Assembly (NCBI GenBank): GCA_010093605.1
Contig: MU004193.1
Coordinates: forward strand, 751,520 to 815,519
Direction: 5' to 3'
Source: Lophium mytilinum
Lineage: Eukaryota
DNA length: 64,000 nucleotides
This document shows, in pieces, positions 23,811 through 37,101 of the stretch. Each line of letters starts with the position of its first letter. Position 1 is the stretch's first letter. The position numbers were made by a program, and so were the translations under genes. The notes under the pieces are model-generated. The model searched no databases. It was not told the origin of the DNA and saw only the letters and a program-made list of their open reading frames with translations.

Positions 23811-25409
23811 CCCGACTTAGGTTTCGCTGGAATTGTGAAGGCTGGGAAACTGCTGTCGGTGCCATCCATCCAAATTGCCCCGGCTCCGCTGGAGAAGATC
23901 CAGATGTCCCGCACCAGCGAGCTCGATGGCGGCCTACCTATCGTCCGCGATCAGATCCTCGTTGGCCTCATACCAGCACCGGATCTTGAGTTTGCGCTAG
24001 ATCGGAGACTGCAAAGCGGACGACAATCCAGAATCGTGTGTTGGGATTCCACTCAAGAGATACTCATGCTTGGTTTCCGGCTCTGCTAACATCGCGCAAC
24101 GTTCAGAAGCTACGCCTCACCAGGGTGGAAGTGTTTCTCGTTTGGGTGAAGAAGAAAGCAGTGTTGATGTAGAGACTGTGTAACGGAGGTTAGAAGTTGA
24201 AGCGATACGCACGGATCGCTTCGCAGCCCGGTCGAATTCACCGAGACGACCTCACCTGTGAGACGCAAGTCCGGATGCTCGGAAGGAGAGAACTGACTAC
24301 GCAGCCCGCTGTACTGGAGCCTCCTCCTAGATCATTCTCCATCACTAAATACCGAGAAAACTCCCGCTGTTCAGCAATCATAGTCGCAACGAGAGAGCCT
24401 CTGGAACCTCTGTACGCTTCCGTTCTCCACGCCCCTCATCATCATCGTCGGTGAACCCCGCAGCCTCCTGAAATGGCTCAGGACAATCCCAAACGGATTT
24501 CCCGTATCAACCAAACTGACTTCTGGTTTCCCGCAGCTCGAAGCAGCGATGTCCTTCAAGCCTTCAACTTATAGCGTATGGCATTACGCCGTCTCGAGGA
24601 TGCACCTGGGAATCTGCTACCCTACTGGCCGGAGCTGCCGGAGACGCTTCGAGTGATGCCGAACAATGGAAAGCGCTACGTGAAGCACATGAGCATCATC
24701 TTCTGCGCCGACAAGGGCAAATTGAGTGCGGAGGTTCGGGACTGTTGCGACAACGAGATCTCGTTCGTGAGGACACTGGCGAATATCAAGGTGGTGGTGG
24801 TGAGCGAGGCCGTGCTGAGCGGCCTATATGCGAGTGCGTCACCGGAGTTTCTGGCCAGAGAGAGGTGAAGGAAGATGCTTGAGCTGACGCCGAGCGAGAA
24901 GACAGTTCGGGAGAATGTTGGGAAGGCTGGCGGAGTGGCAGGCGGATGTGGAAGCGCTCAAGCTCTGTGAGATGACTTGGTAGGCTTGATGAAGGAGGGC
25001 AAGGAGAAGACTTTGAGAAAACGGAATATACGAAAGTACAGGGTGGGCGATTTACAGGAAAATCGACTGTCTCCACATCAAGACTCACGGTTCGCAATAG
25101 AGAAATGGTTAGAACTAGTGCTTGTATCTAGTTCTTTCATTGGGAATGTTTCGTGCGAATCTGGGCTTAGCTACCATTCTACCGCTGATATCTTGACCTC
25201 TGCGTCGGGCTTGGACTTGAAAGTGACAGTAAGAAGTAGTATAACCACATGAACTAAGAGAAAATGCGTGGACTGCGAAGCAAGTTAGCGGTCTAATATC
25301 AATACCGAGAGAAAGATCGCATACCATGCCAACCCGCCAACTCCAACCTTTGGGCCTCCTCTATCAGTGAATCGTAGCCTGCCGTGCCCTTTATGTATGA
25401 CTTACCAGA

Positions 25410-26225
25410 ACATGTCACGTTACCAACCCTATATATACCCCCTTCAAATATCAATAAACAACAAGTTTCCAACTTCGCGTACTCTCCTACTACACCACCA
25501 CTACCACAGTCATGTCCACCCACCTCTGCTTCAACTCTCCTACCAGATATACGTCCTATTATAACGACATCGTGACTTCTCATCTCACTTACGCTACGTT
25601 CTCAAGCCATGGCACCGATGCCTTGACCATTGAAGTGTCTGAACCAACCGGTCTGCTCGAATGGCTCGTCTCAAACCCAGGGAAGTTAAACGGAGTGACA
25701 CACCTCCGCATCCGGTTTCCTGCAAACCAAGAGCAAGAGCCCCGCCAGAAACAAGACAGGAAAGCCGAGGACGATGATACAACAGGCGATGCCCCGCCAA
25801 AAAACTACCGAGCATCGCGATGGGTTGCTCTTCTTGAGGCTCTAGCCAGAAGACAAGCCCCGGGATTCGACAACGTCACTCTCTTCTTCGCCGCCTCAAT
25901 TCCACCGGCCTCGTGGAAGAAGATCCCCACGTTGAACTCGAATTCGAACTCGAATCCGAATCCGAACCCGCACTCGAGATCGAACCTAGACAAGGACAGA
26001 GGATTCGGTAAGAACCTTTCCATCATCCGCGCGGTAGCGAAGTTGAGAGTTCAGAAGGGGGATGGTAAAGGGGTGGTCCTCGAGGGCTTCTATGCTCAGC
26101 CATGGCGGGCGTATCTGGAGAAGGAACTGGGCGTGACGGTACTAGACTCGGGGACTGGGTTTGGAGACCCGGCAATGGTAAGATTGAGAGAGTGGCAGAT
26201 CGGGACGGAATATTTGAAGCCGTGA
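25410..26225 (+). CDS. Hypothetical protein, 5' end possibly frameshifted
   Basis: 237-aa ORF with protein-like composition (LRIRFP, VVLEGFYAQPWRAYLEKELG). An upstream frame has PPLLQLSYQIY, suggesting a broken F-box-associated motif. Confidence 0.5.
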
Positions 26226-27435
26226 GTGAAAGGAAGAGAGAGAGAGACGGAGGTTTGCGAGGGGACGATGTTTGGAATGGCGGATATTGCCTATGTCAGA
26301 TAGTATAGCTTTAGACTGGTTGAGATAGACTAACCGACTCGGCATGCCCTCAAAGAATCGTACTGTATCGGAACTAGACTAGGTAGCCAACGATAATTAG
26401 ATCCTGGGAAGAGAATGAGCTGCCTACCGTGAATTACCTCCATCTCCACGAAGTAGCTTGATGAATCTTTGTCGGCCTCTCCTATCTCTCGGGGCACCGG
26501 AGATCTACGATGTATACACCTAGCAATCCCCATCCCCACCACCCTCACCTAAGCCCTTTCCCTACTCACATAATTAGTCAAACCTCCTCACACCCAGCAA
26601 ATAAATTACGTACCAGCTCTGAATCCCTCCCTACACTAATCTAACAAGCCCAACCACCGCCTCCATTAGCGACCGCATACCGCCTCTCCCTCCCGCCGAT
26701 CGCCGTGACCAATGCTTTGAAATATCCAATGGCGTGATACCGCTACGCAAAACATAATGCTCATCCATTACCGAAACCAGCCTAGAGCAGACAAGCGTTG
26801 AAGGATAATCCTCCGTCCTCGCTCGCGCTTTTACCCCATAGCCCCGTTTAATTGTGTGATGCGTTTGAGTTTATTGGAAAACGTGTCAGTCGGAACCCAG
26901 CCTGATCTTTAGACCCGGCGGCAGAGGGGTCAGGGCCACCGTTACGAAAAGTGAGACTCTGGAGCACCGTGCGCTCAGCTTAGCGGAGTCTCGCTTTTGT
27001 GACGGCGAGCCTGGGGGCGGCGCAGCGGACAAGGAATGAGCCGAAGAGAGTTGAAAGAGAGGAACGGTCGGATGAGAGAGGAGTGGTCGGAGGAAAGCGG
27101 TATGATCAGTAAGAAACTCGCAGATAAATGATAGCAACCAAAAGGATCAGCACGGATGCGGATGTATTGAAACCTACGAGACGATGCAGGTGCCATCCCA
27201 TCACCAAGAGCCGTTGAGATCGCTCTCCAGCGGGACCAACCCACCAATCATCTAATATAAACAAATTTTCCGTAATCCCTCAAAACGCACAAATGAGACC
27301 CTAAAAGCGTGGCCAAGCAGCAGAAGTATCAAAAATCTCGCTCAGGGGGTATCCAGCTGCTGCCCAAGAACACCCCGCAAGATACCAGACCATGCCAGGT
27401 CGATTCCCAAATTCCGCAGACCCGTTCCCAATAAT

Positions 27436-27480
27436 CCCATTTCCCATTTCCCATTTCCCATTTCCCATTTCCCAGTCCCA
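27436..27480. repeat. (CCCATTT)n microsatellite in the sconB 3' region
   Basis: About five perfect 7-mers plus degenerate copies. Confidence 0.9.
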
Positions 27481-27570
27481 AGCGCCATCGCTAAAATAAA
27501 TACCGCAGTTCCGCAATTGCTAAAGTTTTTTCAAATACCTGTCCCATGTTTTGCTCATATGCATGCTTGC

Positions 27571-29949
27571 TTATGAGCTGGTAGCTTCTTCCTCTACCGA
27601 TTCTACGTCGTCGGTGAAGCTGTACACCCTCACCTCGCAGTCTTCGCTCCCGCTCACGAGTCTGCTGTCGCTGAGTCCGACACACGTGACTGGTGCGGAG
27701 TGTCCGTAAAATGTGCGCTCGTGCTTTCCCGTGCGTGGGTCCCAGACCTTCACCATTTTGTCCTCAGCTCCAGATACCAATCTCAGCGTATCAGCTGCGA
27801 GCGCCCAGATGCCTTCGATGTGGCCGAAGAAGGTATGCACGCAGCGGCCGGAAGGGATGTGCCACAAGCGAATAGTGCCATCAAGGGAGCCCGTGAGCAT
27901 GTAAGGCGGCACGGCAGGGCGGTCAGGCTCATCAGGGAAGAGCGAGATATCTGCGTCGGGCACCTCGTAGTTCAAAGTGTGGCTGTCTGAAGCAGAGCTT
28001 GCGGCATCGGCTTCGGTGTTCCTATTCAGCTCGGCCTCGTCTATCTCAAACTCCGGTGGAAGGAGGAGCACTTGCTGGACCTGGCCGACGTGGCCTTTGA
28101 AGACTTTGATACAGGCCTTGGAATCCAGGTCCCACAGGCGGACGGTGCAGTCGTCGGAGGCGGAGAAGAGGGTGCGAGAGGCAGCATCGATCTTCACATG
28201 GTTTACCCAGTCGTCATGGCCTTGCAAAGTGAACTTGTGTTTGTTGTCGAAGTTCCAAACGATAATCTTGTGGTCCATGGAGCCTGAAGCAAGGATGTTG
28301 CCATCCCAGTTGAGACATACGATACCGCTCGTGTGGCCCTTGAGGGTTCTAATGCACTCCCCTGTGTGCCAATTCCATACTTTGATAGTTTTGTCGATGC
28401 TTCCGCTCCAGAGACGGGTCTCGTCGAACTGAAGGCATCTGATACCAGCTTCATGGCCGACGAGAGTGCGGATTTCCTTTCCGGTCTCGATGTCCCAGAT
28501 TTTGACGGTAGCATCGTAGGATCCGGTGGCAAGAATGTTGTCGTCGAACTGGAGACACATGACACCATTGCTATGGCCCTTGAAGACCTTGGTCTTACAT
28601 CGCCCGTACTTCCAATTGGTGCCGACCTTGAACCGATCCTTGTAGACGTCTTTCCAGGGGCGTTTCATAGGAAGACCGAAGTAGGAATCTTGGTGGTCAT
28701 TAACCAAGGAGTTGTTACAAGCACGTTTGACAGAGGCATCTGGAGAAAGTGCCGCAGCGTCCGCCGATCTCTTTCTTCCATTCGTCAGGGCCGTGGATCG
28801 ACTGGAAGCTGGAGAAGCTGGCACCTCATCCATCTGAGATTCCGGAATGGGGGTGATATTTGGAGACCATTCGTTCATGCCTCTTCCGGTTGCTCGAAGC
28901 TGAATCTGTCGTTTTTCGGTCCTTAGTCTCTTCTGGTCCAACAGTGGCAAACCCCAACCACATTTTGTGCACTTCCGATCTATGTGTTGCTCACACATCT
29001 TATGCCACACCACGTCGTCGTCGGCGAGAGTCCTCCATTTTCGGCTAACCTGGGATGCCTTGCATAGGGAGGTGGTGTCCAAATAACATAAAATCTTGAA
29101 TCCTAGCTCCGGTGGCAATGCGGCGAGAAAGTCGATTTTTATTAGGTTCCGGACCGACGTAGAGATGAAGGAGAGTTGCGGGAAGCAGCACTGGGCGAGG
29201 ACACCCTGAAGCATGAGGTTTCGGTGTTTCGCGGGGGCGGCGGAGAAGAGCGCCCAGACGTGAGCGATTGCCTGTTGGTCAGACTGAGAGAGGTTGCCGA
29301 GTTCCTTTGCGGCTATATTAGCTTCGGGGTACGCAGGACACAGACTAAAGCTGCGAGTACTCACAGATTGCAGCTCCTCCATGGACGGCTCGTCGGCCTG
29401 TCTCCGGCATTTCAGGTCTGGGCGATGGCGGTAACAGTACTTGGTGTTCCCTTTCTCCGTGTTGCGCGGCTGGGGATTGTACTGCTCTGGAACGTGCTGG
29501 GTGAGGAAGGGCGTGATCATCTTCTCGGACTCGTTGGCAACGTCGTGGGTGATAATGGTGGCGTCCTTCTCTAGAGCCTCAATGTCGGCCTGGTTAGAGC
29601 CCAGAGGATGTCTGCTCTTTGTACCTTCGTGATCGTGGCCCTGAAACAGGGCAGAATGCGGGTCCTGCGGCATGTCGCGGAGTGCTGGGCGATTGTTGTG
29701 CCAGGACAGGCCTCTCCTATGCTGTGTTTCCGTGGTTTGGGAGTCGGCGGAGGAGTTGAGGTGATTTGACGACATTCTTGGTAACTCTGTCGGTGAGTGC
29801 GGCGCAGGGATGTCGGTGAGGCTCATGGGCCCGTGAAAGGTCCCGAGAGGATCCCGATCCGTATGCGGGCATGGGAGGGCGGTGGTGTCAAGCAAGATGG
29901 CGATTGCGTGCTGACGGCAGCCAAAGAGACGGCCGCCAGCAGGGTGCAA
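27571..29949 (-). CDS. sconB: F-box/WD40 sulfur controller (SconB/Scon-2/Met30), SCF E3 ligase subunit
   Basis: [18 protein letters not shown]-box [39 protein letters not shown], multiple GH...WD repeats, and in-frame intron 29305-29364. The true start may be a downstream ATG (29826 or ~29775). Confidence 0.95.
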   Translation of the reverse strand: MHPAGGRLFGCRQHAIAILLDTTALPCPHTDRDPLGTFHGPMSLTDIPAPHSPTELPRMSSNHLNSSADSQTTETQHRRGLSWHNNRPALRDMPQDPHSALFQGHDHEGTKSRHPLGSNQADIEALEKDATIITHDVANESEKMITPFLTQHVPEQYNPQPRNTEKGNTKYCYRHRPDLKCRRQADEPSMEELQSVSTRSFSLCPAYPEANIAAKELGNLSQSDQQAIAHVWALFSAAPAKHRNLMLQGVLAQCCFPQLSFISTSVRNLIKIDFLAALPPELGFKILCYLDTTSLCKASQVSRKWRTLADDDVVWHKMCEQHIDRKCTKCGWGLPLLDQKRLRTEKRQIQLRATGRGMNEWSPNITPIPESQMDEVPASPASSRSTALTNGRKRSADAAALSPDASVKRACNNSLVNDHQDSYFGLPMKRPWKDVYKDRFKVGTNWKYGRCKTKVFKGHSNGVMCLQFDDNILATGSYDATVKIWDIETGKEIRTLVGHEAGIRCLQFDETRLWSGSIDKTIKVWNWHTGECIRTLKGHTSGIVCLNWDGNILASGSMDHKIIVWNFDNKHKFTLQGHDDWVNHVKIDAASRTLFSASDDCTVRLWDLDSKACIKVFKGHVGQVQQVLLLPPEFEIDEAELNRNTEADAASSASDSHTLNYEVPDADISLFPDEPDRPAVPPYMLTGSLDGTIRLWHIPSGRCVHTFFGHIEGIWALAADTLRLVSGAEDKMVKVWDPRTGKHERTFYGHSAPVTCVGLSDSRLVSGSEDCEVRVYSFTDDVESVEEEATSS

Positions 29950-30676
29950 TGCGGGCAGGAACCAAGTTAGCCGGAATACAGTCCGGCGGATGCAGCACGA
30001 GGAGGGAGCACAGCAGCAGAGGGAGGCGGGCGCAATGGGAGGAGGATATACGACGCTGAGGTTGAGGCGCGGATGCGATGGGCGCGAGCCGTGGTGTGGA
30101 GGTGTTCATTCGGGACCAGGCACAGAGGCGTTCCGCCGCCAGCCAAGAGAAGCTGGAGAAGATTGTGAGGTGCAGGGACTTGCCTCGCACGCAATCGCAG
30201 CAGAAATCACGTCTGGCACGGGGCGAGCCGAGCACGTGCGATGCCCGTTGCGCTCTCATCGCCCTCATAAAGGCGCCATCCGCCGCGTCTGGCCCGCGAG
30301 GGTGCCTGCGATTACGTTTCAGATGGCATGATCAAAACGACCTGCGTTTCTCGTGATTCAGCATTCAGGGTTCACCGGAAGAAGCCACAGCGGAAGACGC
30401 CACTGTCCCATGACGCGCCCGCCCACCGCCTCCGCTTCGGGCTATTCTGCCAGCGATGGCTAAAGCGCCGCCAACCTAAGGCTTCAACTCCAGACGACAC
30501 CTCGAGATGCCTCCATCGCCATGAATACCGCTCTGCTCGCTGCATCTCCGCGCGCCTCTGTGATGCTTACCGCAGCCTCTAGCCCTAGTCTCTTTAGTCT
30601 CTCCCCATTCCCCGCCCTGCAGCCCTGATCCATGCTGCGAGTCTGTTGAGGCTCTCCAACTCGGTAGCTATCCGCC

Positions 30677-32217
30677 ATGGCTACATCGCCATCGCCCCCA
30701 TCCTCGGATGGCAGCGGCAGCCTCTACGCCAGGGAGCCGACCCTGGAGGACCTAGTCGAGCTTTTTGTAGCTTCGAAACGCTCCCTCAACTCCACCACCA
30801 CCCTCTGGCGCGCCGACGAGATTGTGAAAGCTGCGAGGCAGCTGCTGGAGGAGAACGCCGTGCTCTCCGCAAAGAACTCGTTCTTGCGATGTAGCTTAGA
30901 CGACCAAATAGACAACCTAGAGGCTGTGAGGCGTGGTGTTGACCTAGTAGAGGGCGATGTGAAGAACGAATTCAAGGTGAGCCTGAGACTACCGGAGCTG
31001 CATCCGCATCGCTCTACTCGACTATGCTAACGTTCCAGAACCTCCTCCATTCTCTCGACACCTCCTTCAGCGGCCTCCAAGCTAGCATGACCACCCTCCG
31101 CGAAACTCCCATCTCCCCCGCGCTCCAGCCCCCAGACACCCCTCAGAAATATCTCTACGACTTCATTGACTCCACCACCGTCACCGCCCTCAAAGACTCC
31201 CTCCGCGCCTGCATCGACCGCTACAACGACGCCCTCTCCACCCTCCACGACACCACCGACGCCTTCGACGACTCCCTCGGCGCCCTACACGCTACAATCA
31301 CCGCGCTCCCGCAAACTGTCACCACGAACTCGGCCCCGTCTCCACTCCCCAACCTCTTCCACGACCTTGAAGTCCACGCGACCGAAGCTGCGAACTGCTT
31401 CGCTAGCCTCGTCCAACATTACGACCTCTGCGTAACCGCCCTCAAGCACACCGAAGGCGGAGGCGAAGCCGCGTCCGCCGCCACAAACTCCACCGCCGAT
31501 CCCATAAACCCGCACCCCGATCCCGCCAGCGCACCCCTCCAAACCTCCACCTTCGCCAGCCCCCCTGAGCCCCTCACATCGGACGAACGCCTCGAAATGC
31601 TCGCCGTGGTGCAAAAAGACGCAGCGGAGGTCGACGACGTCGTCACCGAGATCCGCGACCGCGGCGCCGAGATGGAATACCTCCTCTCCAGCATAAGCGC
31701 GCACATGACGCTCCTCCGCGAAGAACGCGCCGCCCTCGCCGCAGCACTACACACCCTCGACACCGTCGCGCGCTCCACCCGCGCCCAGCTGACCGCCGCG
31801 AAAGACTTCATCGCAGCGTGGAACGTCGAGCACGCCGCCATCGTCCACGGGATCGACGAGTGGGAATCCTTGCGGGAGTTCTACGAAGCCTTCGACGTCG
31901 CTTACAACAACCTAATTATCGAGATCGCGGCGCGGCGCTCACGACACGAGCGCGCGAAGAAGAAAGCGAAGGAGGCGCAGCGGGAGCTGGATGCGCTGTA
32001 TGACGAGGACGTGGCGGCCAGAGAGGCGTTCACGGCGGCGCAGGGGGATTTCTTGCCGCTGGATATCTGGCCCGGGCTAAGAGACCGGCCGAGGCGGTTT
32101 GAGGTGTGCGCCGTGGGGCCTGTGGAAGAAGGGGATGAGGAGGAGGGGAAGAGTATTCCCGATGTGGGGCGGGAGGTGTTGGAGATGGCGGTGGAGAGGG
32201 TGAGGGAGAGGGGGTGA
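30677..32217 (+). CDS. atg17: Autophagy scaffold protein Atg17
   Basis: LFVASKRSLNS...WRADEIV, LVQHYDLCVTALKHTEGG and GDFLPLDIWPGL. Intron 30977-31038 joins the two ORFs in frame. Confidence 0.9.
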
Positions 32218-32860
32218 GTGACTTACTTCTAGCTCTCGATTAGGGTGGGCGTTCGTTGGATATACCGGTGCATATGGATGCCCTAGCTCGGTGGTATATT
32301 CCTTGTATATCCTCTGTTTTGGCGCCGTTGGTGGGTAATTGGCGTAACTCAGGGTCACATATGGTATACCACATATCGAATTTCACTCATAGTTTAAATT
32401 AAGTCAAGTACAAACAAATCTGCGAATCGTGATTAGCACAGTATCTCAAGACTGCGTTTTGAAGGCGTAGTGAGCGAGTGCGTAGGTTCCGCTATCAGTG
32501 CTCTCTTTGAGTCCGCATACATCTCCCGTATTGTGTGTGTGTGGACGGGAGATACTGGGGCACTCCGCCCCATTCCGCCCCATGGAGGTTATCAGCCCAG
32601 CCAGGACCGGGAGAGAACGCGGCACATGGGACGGTGGTCGAGTGTTTGGTTTACATCATGCAGTGGGTGGGATAGGGGCAGGGGAGGTCGGACATACCAT
32701 TTTTTATTTCTATTGATGCGAAGGTCGTGGCGCGTAAGTCATGAAATGCATTGTCGAAAACGCCGAAATGATGCATGCATTTTGTTGAGCCCCAAGGTGC
32801 TGATGCTGGAAAGGTCGAGGGGAAGAAACGAAGATACGAGAAGGGGTAGAAAGAAATGGT

Positions 32861-34616
32861 TCAGTGCTTCCGCGCCGTGCTCTTGACGAGTTTGTTCTTC
32901 AAGTGCTTCGGAATCTTCGTTTTACGCTTCTCGCGCTTTTCTTCTTTGACGGCTGCTTTGTGGTCCTGATTGATGTTAGCTCAGATGACACACTATGAGG
33001 AAGATTTGACAGAGCCTCACCTTCTTCGTATCTTTATCGACGAAGCGTTTGCCCCTAGGCGTGGAGTCCTTTTCGACCCATTCTTTGTCGCCGTCTTCAT
33101 CACTGCTACTACCGTCTTCTCCGCTCCCCTCTTCACTCACATCGTCGCCGGCCTTCGGGGCGACTTTGTCGGCGAGTAGGCCTTGGTAGATCAACTCTTG
33201 ACCGTCACCCTTTCCGACTAGCTCGGCGTCTCGCTCGATATCATAGACTTGCTCGAGTGTCTGGGGAATGTACTGCTGTCGGAAGACCTCGTTGTCCACC
33301 TCTTCGTTCTTCCCCTCTTCTGTCTCTTCTCGGATCTTGTATAGTTCCGCAATCCTCTTCTCCATCGCCTCGACTTCTGTAGCTCCCTCTTCAGTGACGA
33401 AGCCAAAGATCGATCGATCAGATAACGTATCCACGTTCTGGTTCCTGAAGAAATCTGACACATTCTTGACATCCATCCGCAAGAATTCCAAGCTTCTGGG
33501 GTGATCGTGCTCCACACTCTGACTGACATCAATGACAACCAACTTGCCCTCATGATAGAGCAAATTGTACTCGCTCAGATCTGCGTGCACTAGCTTGCAG
33601 ATTTGATACATCTGGCGCATATGTCCCAGTAGTTGGATGTACAACGACCTGTACTTCGCTTCCTCCTCTTCAGCAGTCAGCCCTTCGAACTTGACGTCCC
33701 TTAGCCTCGGCGCTGGCCATCCCTTCTTATCACCAAGAAAGCTCATGACTAGCACATGGTGTCGCAGGAAGAGTGGTTCCGGACATGGGATCCCCGCCGC
33801 ATAGATCCTTTTCAGATTCCGCATCTCCTTCTCCGCCCACACCTTCACCATCGCGCGATGCGAGCTCTTATTCCAACCGTGCTTGAACCTGTACTCGCCC
33901 GTGACATACTTGTCCCGATCTTTGAACACCAGAATACTAGTCTTGTACACCTTAATCGCCCGATGTAACGTCGTCGGTTCCTCGCCCGGGCTGGCAGGTT
34001 CTTGTATACTCAGGGCGAAGTAAACGTTCGCTTCTTTTCCTGTACTGAGACACCCATGTATTTCACTTACAACACCTCGATTGATCATCTGCAGCAGAAT
34101 CATCCGTGTCCGCGGATCAAGCACCTGCTCAGAGGTCGCGCGATCGCTCTTGTCCTTGTCATTCCCGCCCTTCGACAGCCCACCGACACCACCATTCCGT
34201 GCATCGAGCTTGATCTTGCCCGCATGCTTAGATAGAGAGGCAACGGCATCGTCGATGCTGGCGTGGGTGTTTGCAGAAGGCTTCTGGGGGTTCGATTTCG
34301 GGGCTTGAGACGCGGGGATGGAGGGGTCGTGTTGCTTGCGGGCGCGATTGTAGACTTTCGTGTAGTGGGAGGGGTTGGCACCATCGAGAGCTTCGGCGGC
34401 GGTGAAGTCGTCGTCGGTGTCGTCGAAGATGTCATCGAGGTCGTTGTAGAGAGAGGCGTCTTCGGCGAGGGGCTCTGACGTGGCGGGGGGGTTTGGAGGG
34501 GTAGAGGTTGTCAAGGCTTCGGAGGGAAGAGCGGGCTGGGAAGCAGGTTGAGAGATGCTTTCGGGGGCATTGAGAGCAACACCGCCTTCGGCGTTGGAGA
34601 CAGTTTCGCTGGCCAT
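32861..34616 (-). CDS. rio1: Atypical Ser/Thr kinase Rio1
   Basis: DKSDRATSEQVLDPRT, STGKEANVY, AIKVYKTSILVFKDR, LVHADLSEYN and IDVSQSVE. Intron 32966-33020, then a Lys-rich tail KIPKHLK. Confidence 0.97.
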
Positions 34617-35238
34617 GTTGAATAGAGAGATGCGTGGTGGTTGTGAGAAGAGTGTTGTTGACGTGTGGGAGAAATTCGTGTCTAGTCCCCCTGCAAGTGG
34701 TGATGAATTTTTGGTTGGCAGAAACGGGCGGTGTGAGGGGCGGTGAAGACGTGTCCTTCCTCCATTTTTCTCAGGCTTCATTCCACATGAAATCACAAAG
34801 TGGCTGACCAGACTTACGGAGTTCATCTTGGCTTTTGGGCTTGTGTAAACTTACTTACCGCTGTCTAAAGTACTCTAATGTCTTCTCAAGAGCTGTAAAG
34901 CAGCGGTTCTGGCAAGCCTAATCGCTGTCAGGGACACCCCAGACGATGTCAGACTTCTCCGTGTCAGTTTCTCACATAGGAAGGTCTTGGCCGATTCCTG
35001 AGAAAAGTGTTGAGTGTCGACTCTTTATCGCGTGCGTCACCTTGGCAGGAATACCCCTGGAACCACTTGTAGTCTTCCAGTCAGCGTCCGGCATCCTTCA
35101 TCTTCAACACTTCACAGTTTGGTCCGAGGAAAGCTTAAAAGCTCTACGAGAATTTGACAAGAGGATCTTGACGTGATTGAAGTAGAGTAAAGTATTAATT
35201 CCAGGACCAGCAAAATAGAATACGGAAGCAACGAAGAG

Positions 35239-35946
35239 TCACTGGTTATCAACCCATCCATCCATTGGGAGCACCCCCTGATACTCCATATCTACCTCTC
35301 CATACTCATCAGCCAAAGCAAGTAGAGTGATACTCTCCCCACAATTCCATGCGTCTTCTTCGTTGGTAATGATCCTCCACAGCTGGGTTCCGGGATACGT
35401 CTCTCTCTGTTCCGCTAGGCAGAACTTGACCTGCATAACCTCGTATCAGTAAAGATTCTCCCAACTTAATCCGTGGAGCCATACCTCTCGAAGACCGCCA
35501 TCATTACTCCAAGGCCCAAATATAGCCACCGCATTCATCACAGCCGAGAGTATCAGGACGAGATACATCACTTTCTCTCCTAATGTGCTACCGCCGAGCC
35601 ATCCTCCACTCCCGCTCTCGTGTCTCCGGCAACTTGCTATGTCCTCCCAACTGGTATTCTCTCGTTCGCACACGACAATGTCGCCTTCCTCGAGCATGCT
35701 GTTCAACTCATCGTCTTCTTCCACTGCGAAACGCACTCTCTTTGTGTCCAGACTCCCAGACTCCCTCGATGTGGTTTCAACCGCCGAGTAGGTCGACATA
35801 TGGGCAGGGTACGAGGGCTGTTCAGCCGCAGGTCGAGGTACGTAAGGCGGTGGTGGGCTGATCAGATATGTCAAAAGACCCGCGCGAGGCAATGCAGCCT
35901 GATCGTCTCGGTTCGCGTGCGGAGCGGCGTCGAGTGGTGAGAACAT
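35239..35946 (-). CDS. Hypothetical single-TM protein with PPPY motif, 2 exons
   Basis: Intron 35431-35484 (GTATGG...ACTGAT...CAG) joins the two ORFs in frame. One hydrophobic segment, VMYLVLILSAVMNAVAIF. Confidence 0.6.
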
Positions 35947-36795
35947 CCCGAAAGACGGCGTCGAAATTACCAGGGTAGGACAATGTAGTCGAGGCTAGGC
36001 GCTAGTAGGCTTGGACCGTAGGACACCGCGAAGTTGGACCAAGGGACGGGCTGTGACGTCTTGGTATTATCGAAGGGCACGTGGTGGAGTTGAGACAAAG
36101 GAAGTGCGATTCGTGGCGTAATGTAGAGGCATTGTCGGAGGCGTGAGGAGTGGCGGCTTTATGGAGCGCTTTGTGTGTTTGTTTGCGGATGGGCTTTGTG
36201 AGATTGTGCGCGGTGTACTATTAGCGTGTAGATGAGAGCGGGTCGCTCGTTGTTTTCGTAGATGGATGCGGAAGGGGAGGGAGAGATGGCTGAGAGGGCT
36301 GGGTAAGGAATGTGGTCAGCTGCAGGAGGGCTGGGATGGTGGTACAACATTGAGGTAAGAGCATTGCCACAAAAAAGGTTTTATTCTGGCACAGTAGATT
36401 CGAACTTGCGAACGCGGATATAGCACTGCTCGAGTTCAGCTCTTGCTCGCTCCACATCACTGTCAAGGGTGGCCCAGCTGCAGACAAGTCAGTGAGCCAG
36501 AGGGTAACTCAATTTTCGTCATGCCGAATTTAAATCGTCTTCTTCAAAATGAAAAACTCATTGGAGCACTCTAAGCAGTGGTGACCGACTGTGCATATGC
36601 TTGTGGCAATGCAGTATATAAGCTTATGCTGATAAAGACAGACGATAGTTAGATAAGCAAGAAGATGATGCGCCCGTAAGCTAAGAACCAAAAGCATTCC
36701 TGCGTCGCCTGAACTCCAAATCAATATGTTTGCCATCTTCCCATATTCCTAAAAGATGACGTCCAAAATTTCATCCTCAAAAGAAATAGTGTCGC

Positions 36796-37101
36796 TCAAA
36801 TCGAAGGTCGAAACGCGTTCTTCATCGCCGCTGTATATTAATCAGTATGTATAACCCAAGGCGTGCGTCAAATAGTCGACATACAATCCATTAGTGCCTT
36901 GTTCGATACTGGTTGTGAGTTCGTCTTCTTAGTGCCCTTCCCGAGCAAGCCATCTACTGAAGTTGAAGAGTCGGTTGAATCTCGAGATAGAACGCGGTAG
37001 AAGGGGAGCTTGTCCTTCGTCGGCTTGGGATCCGTATAGGATTGCGTAGGTGTGTAGATGGGGGTCTTGACATCGGCTTGAGTGGACCTGGGAGAAGACA
37101 T
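36796..37101 (-). CDS. Small hypothetical protein (~83 aa), 2 exons
   Basis: ATG in a good context (ACAACATG). Intron 36831-36884 (GTATGT...CTGAT...CAG) gives the C-terminus ...MDSAMKNAFRPSI*. Confidence 0.6.

Noticed and set aside
1..26300. Calling the accessory region a Starship
   Set aside because: No DUF3435 tyrosine recombinase or element boundary is recognisable in the window, so it is kept only as a hypothesis.
27436..27480. CCCATTT repeat as a telomeric repeat
   Set aside because: It differs from CCCTAA, is short, and lies internally in a 3' region.
30260..30420. MetR/CYS3 binding sites upstream of sconB
   Set aside because: Only an imperfect ATGRYRYCAT match (AAGGCGCCAT) was found, which is not distinguishable from chance.
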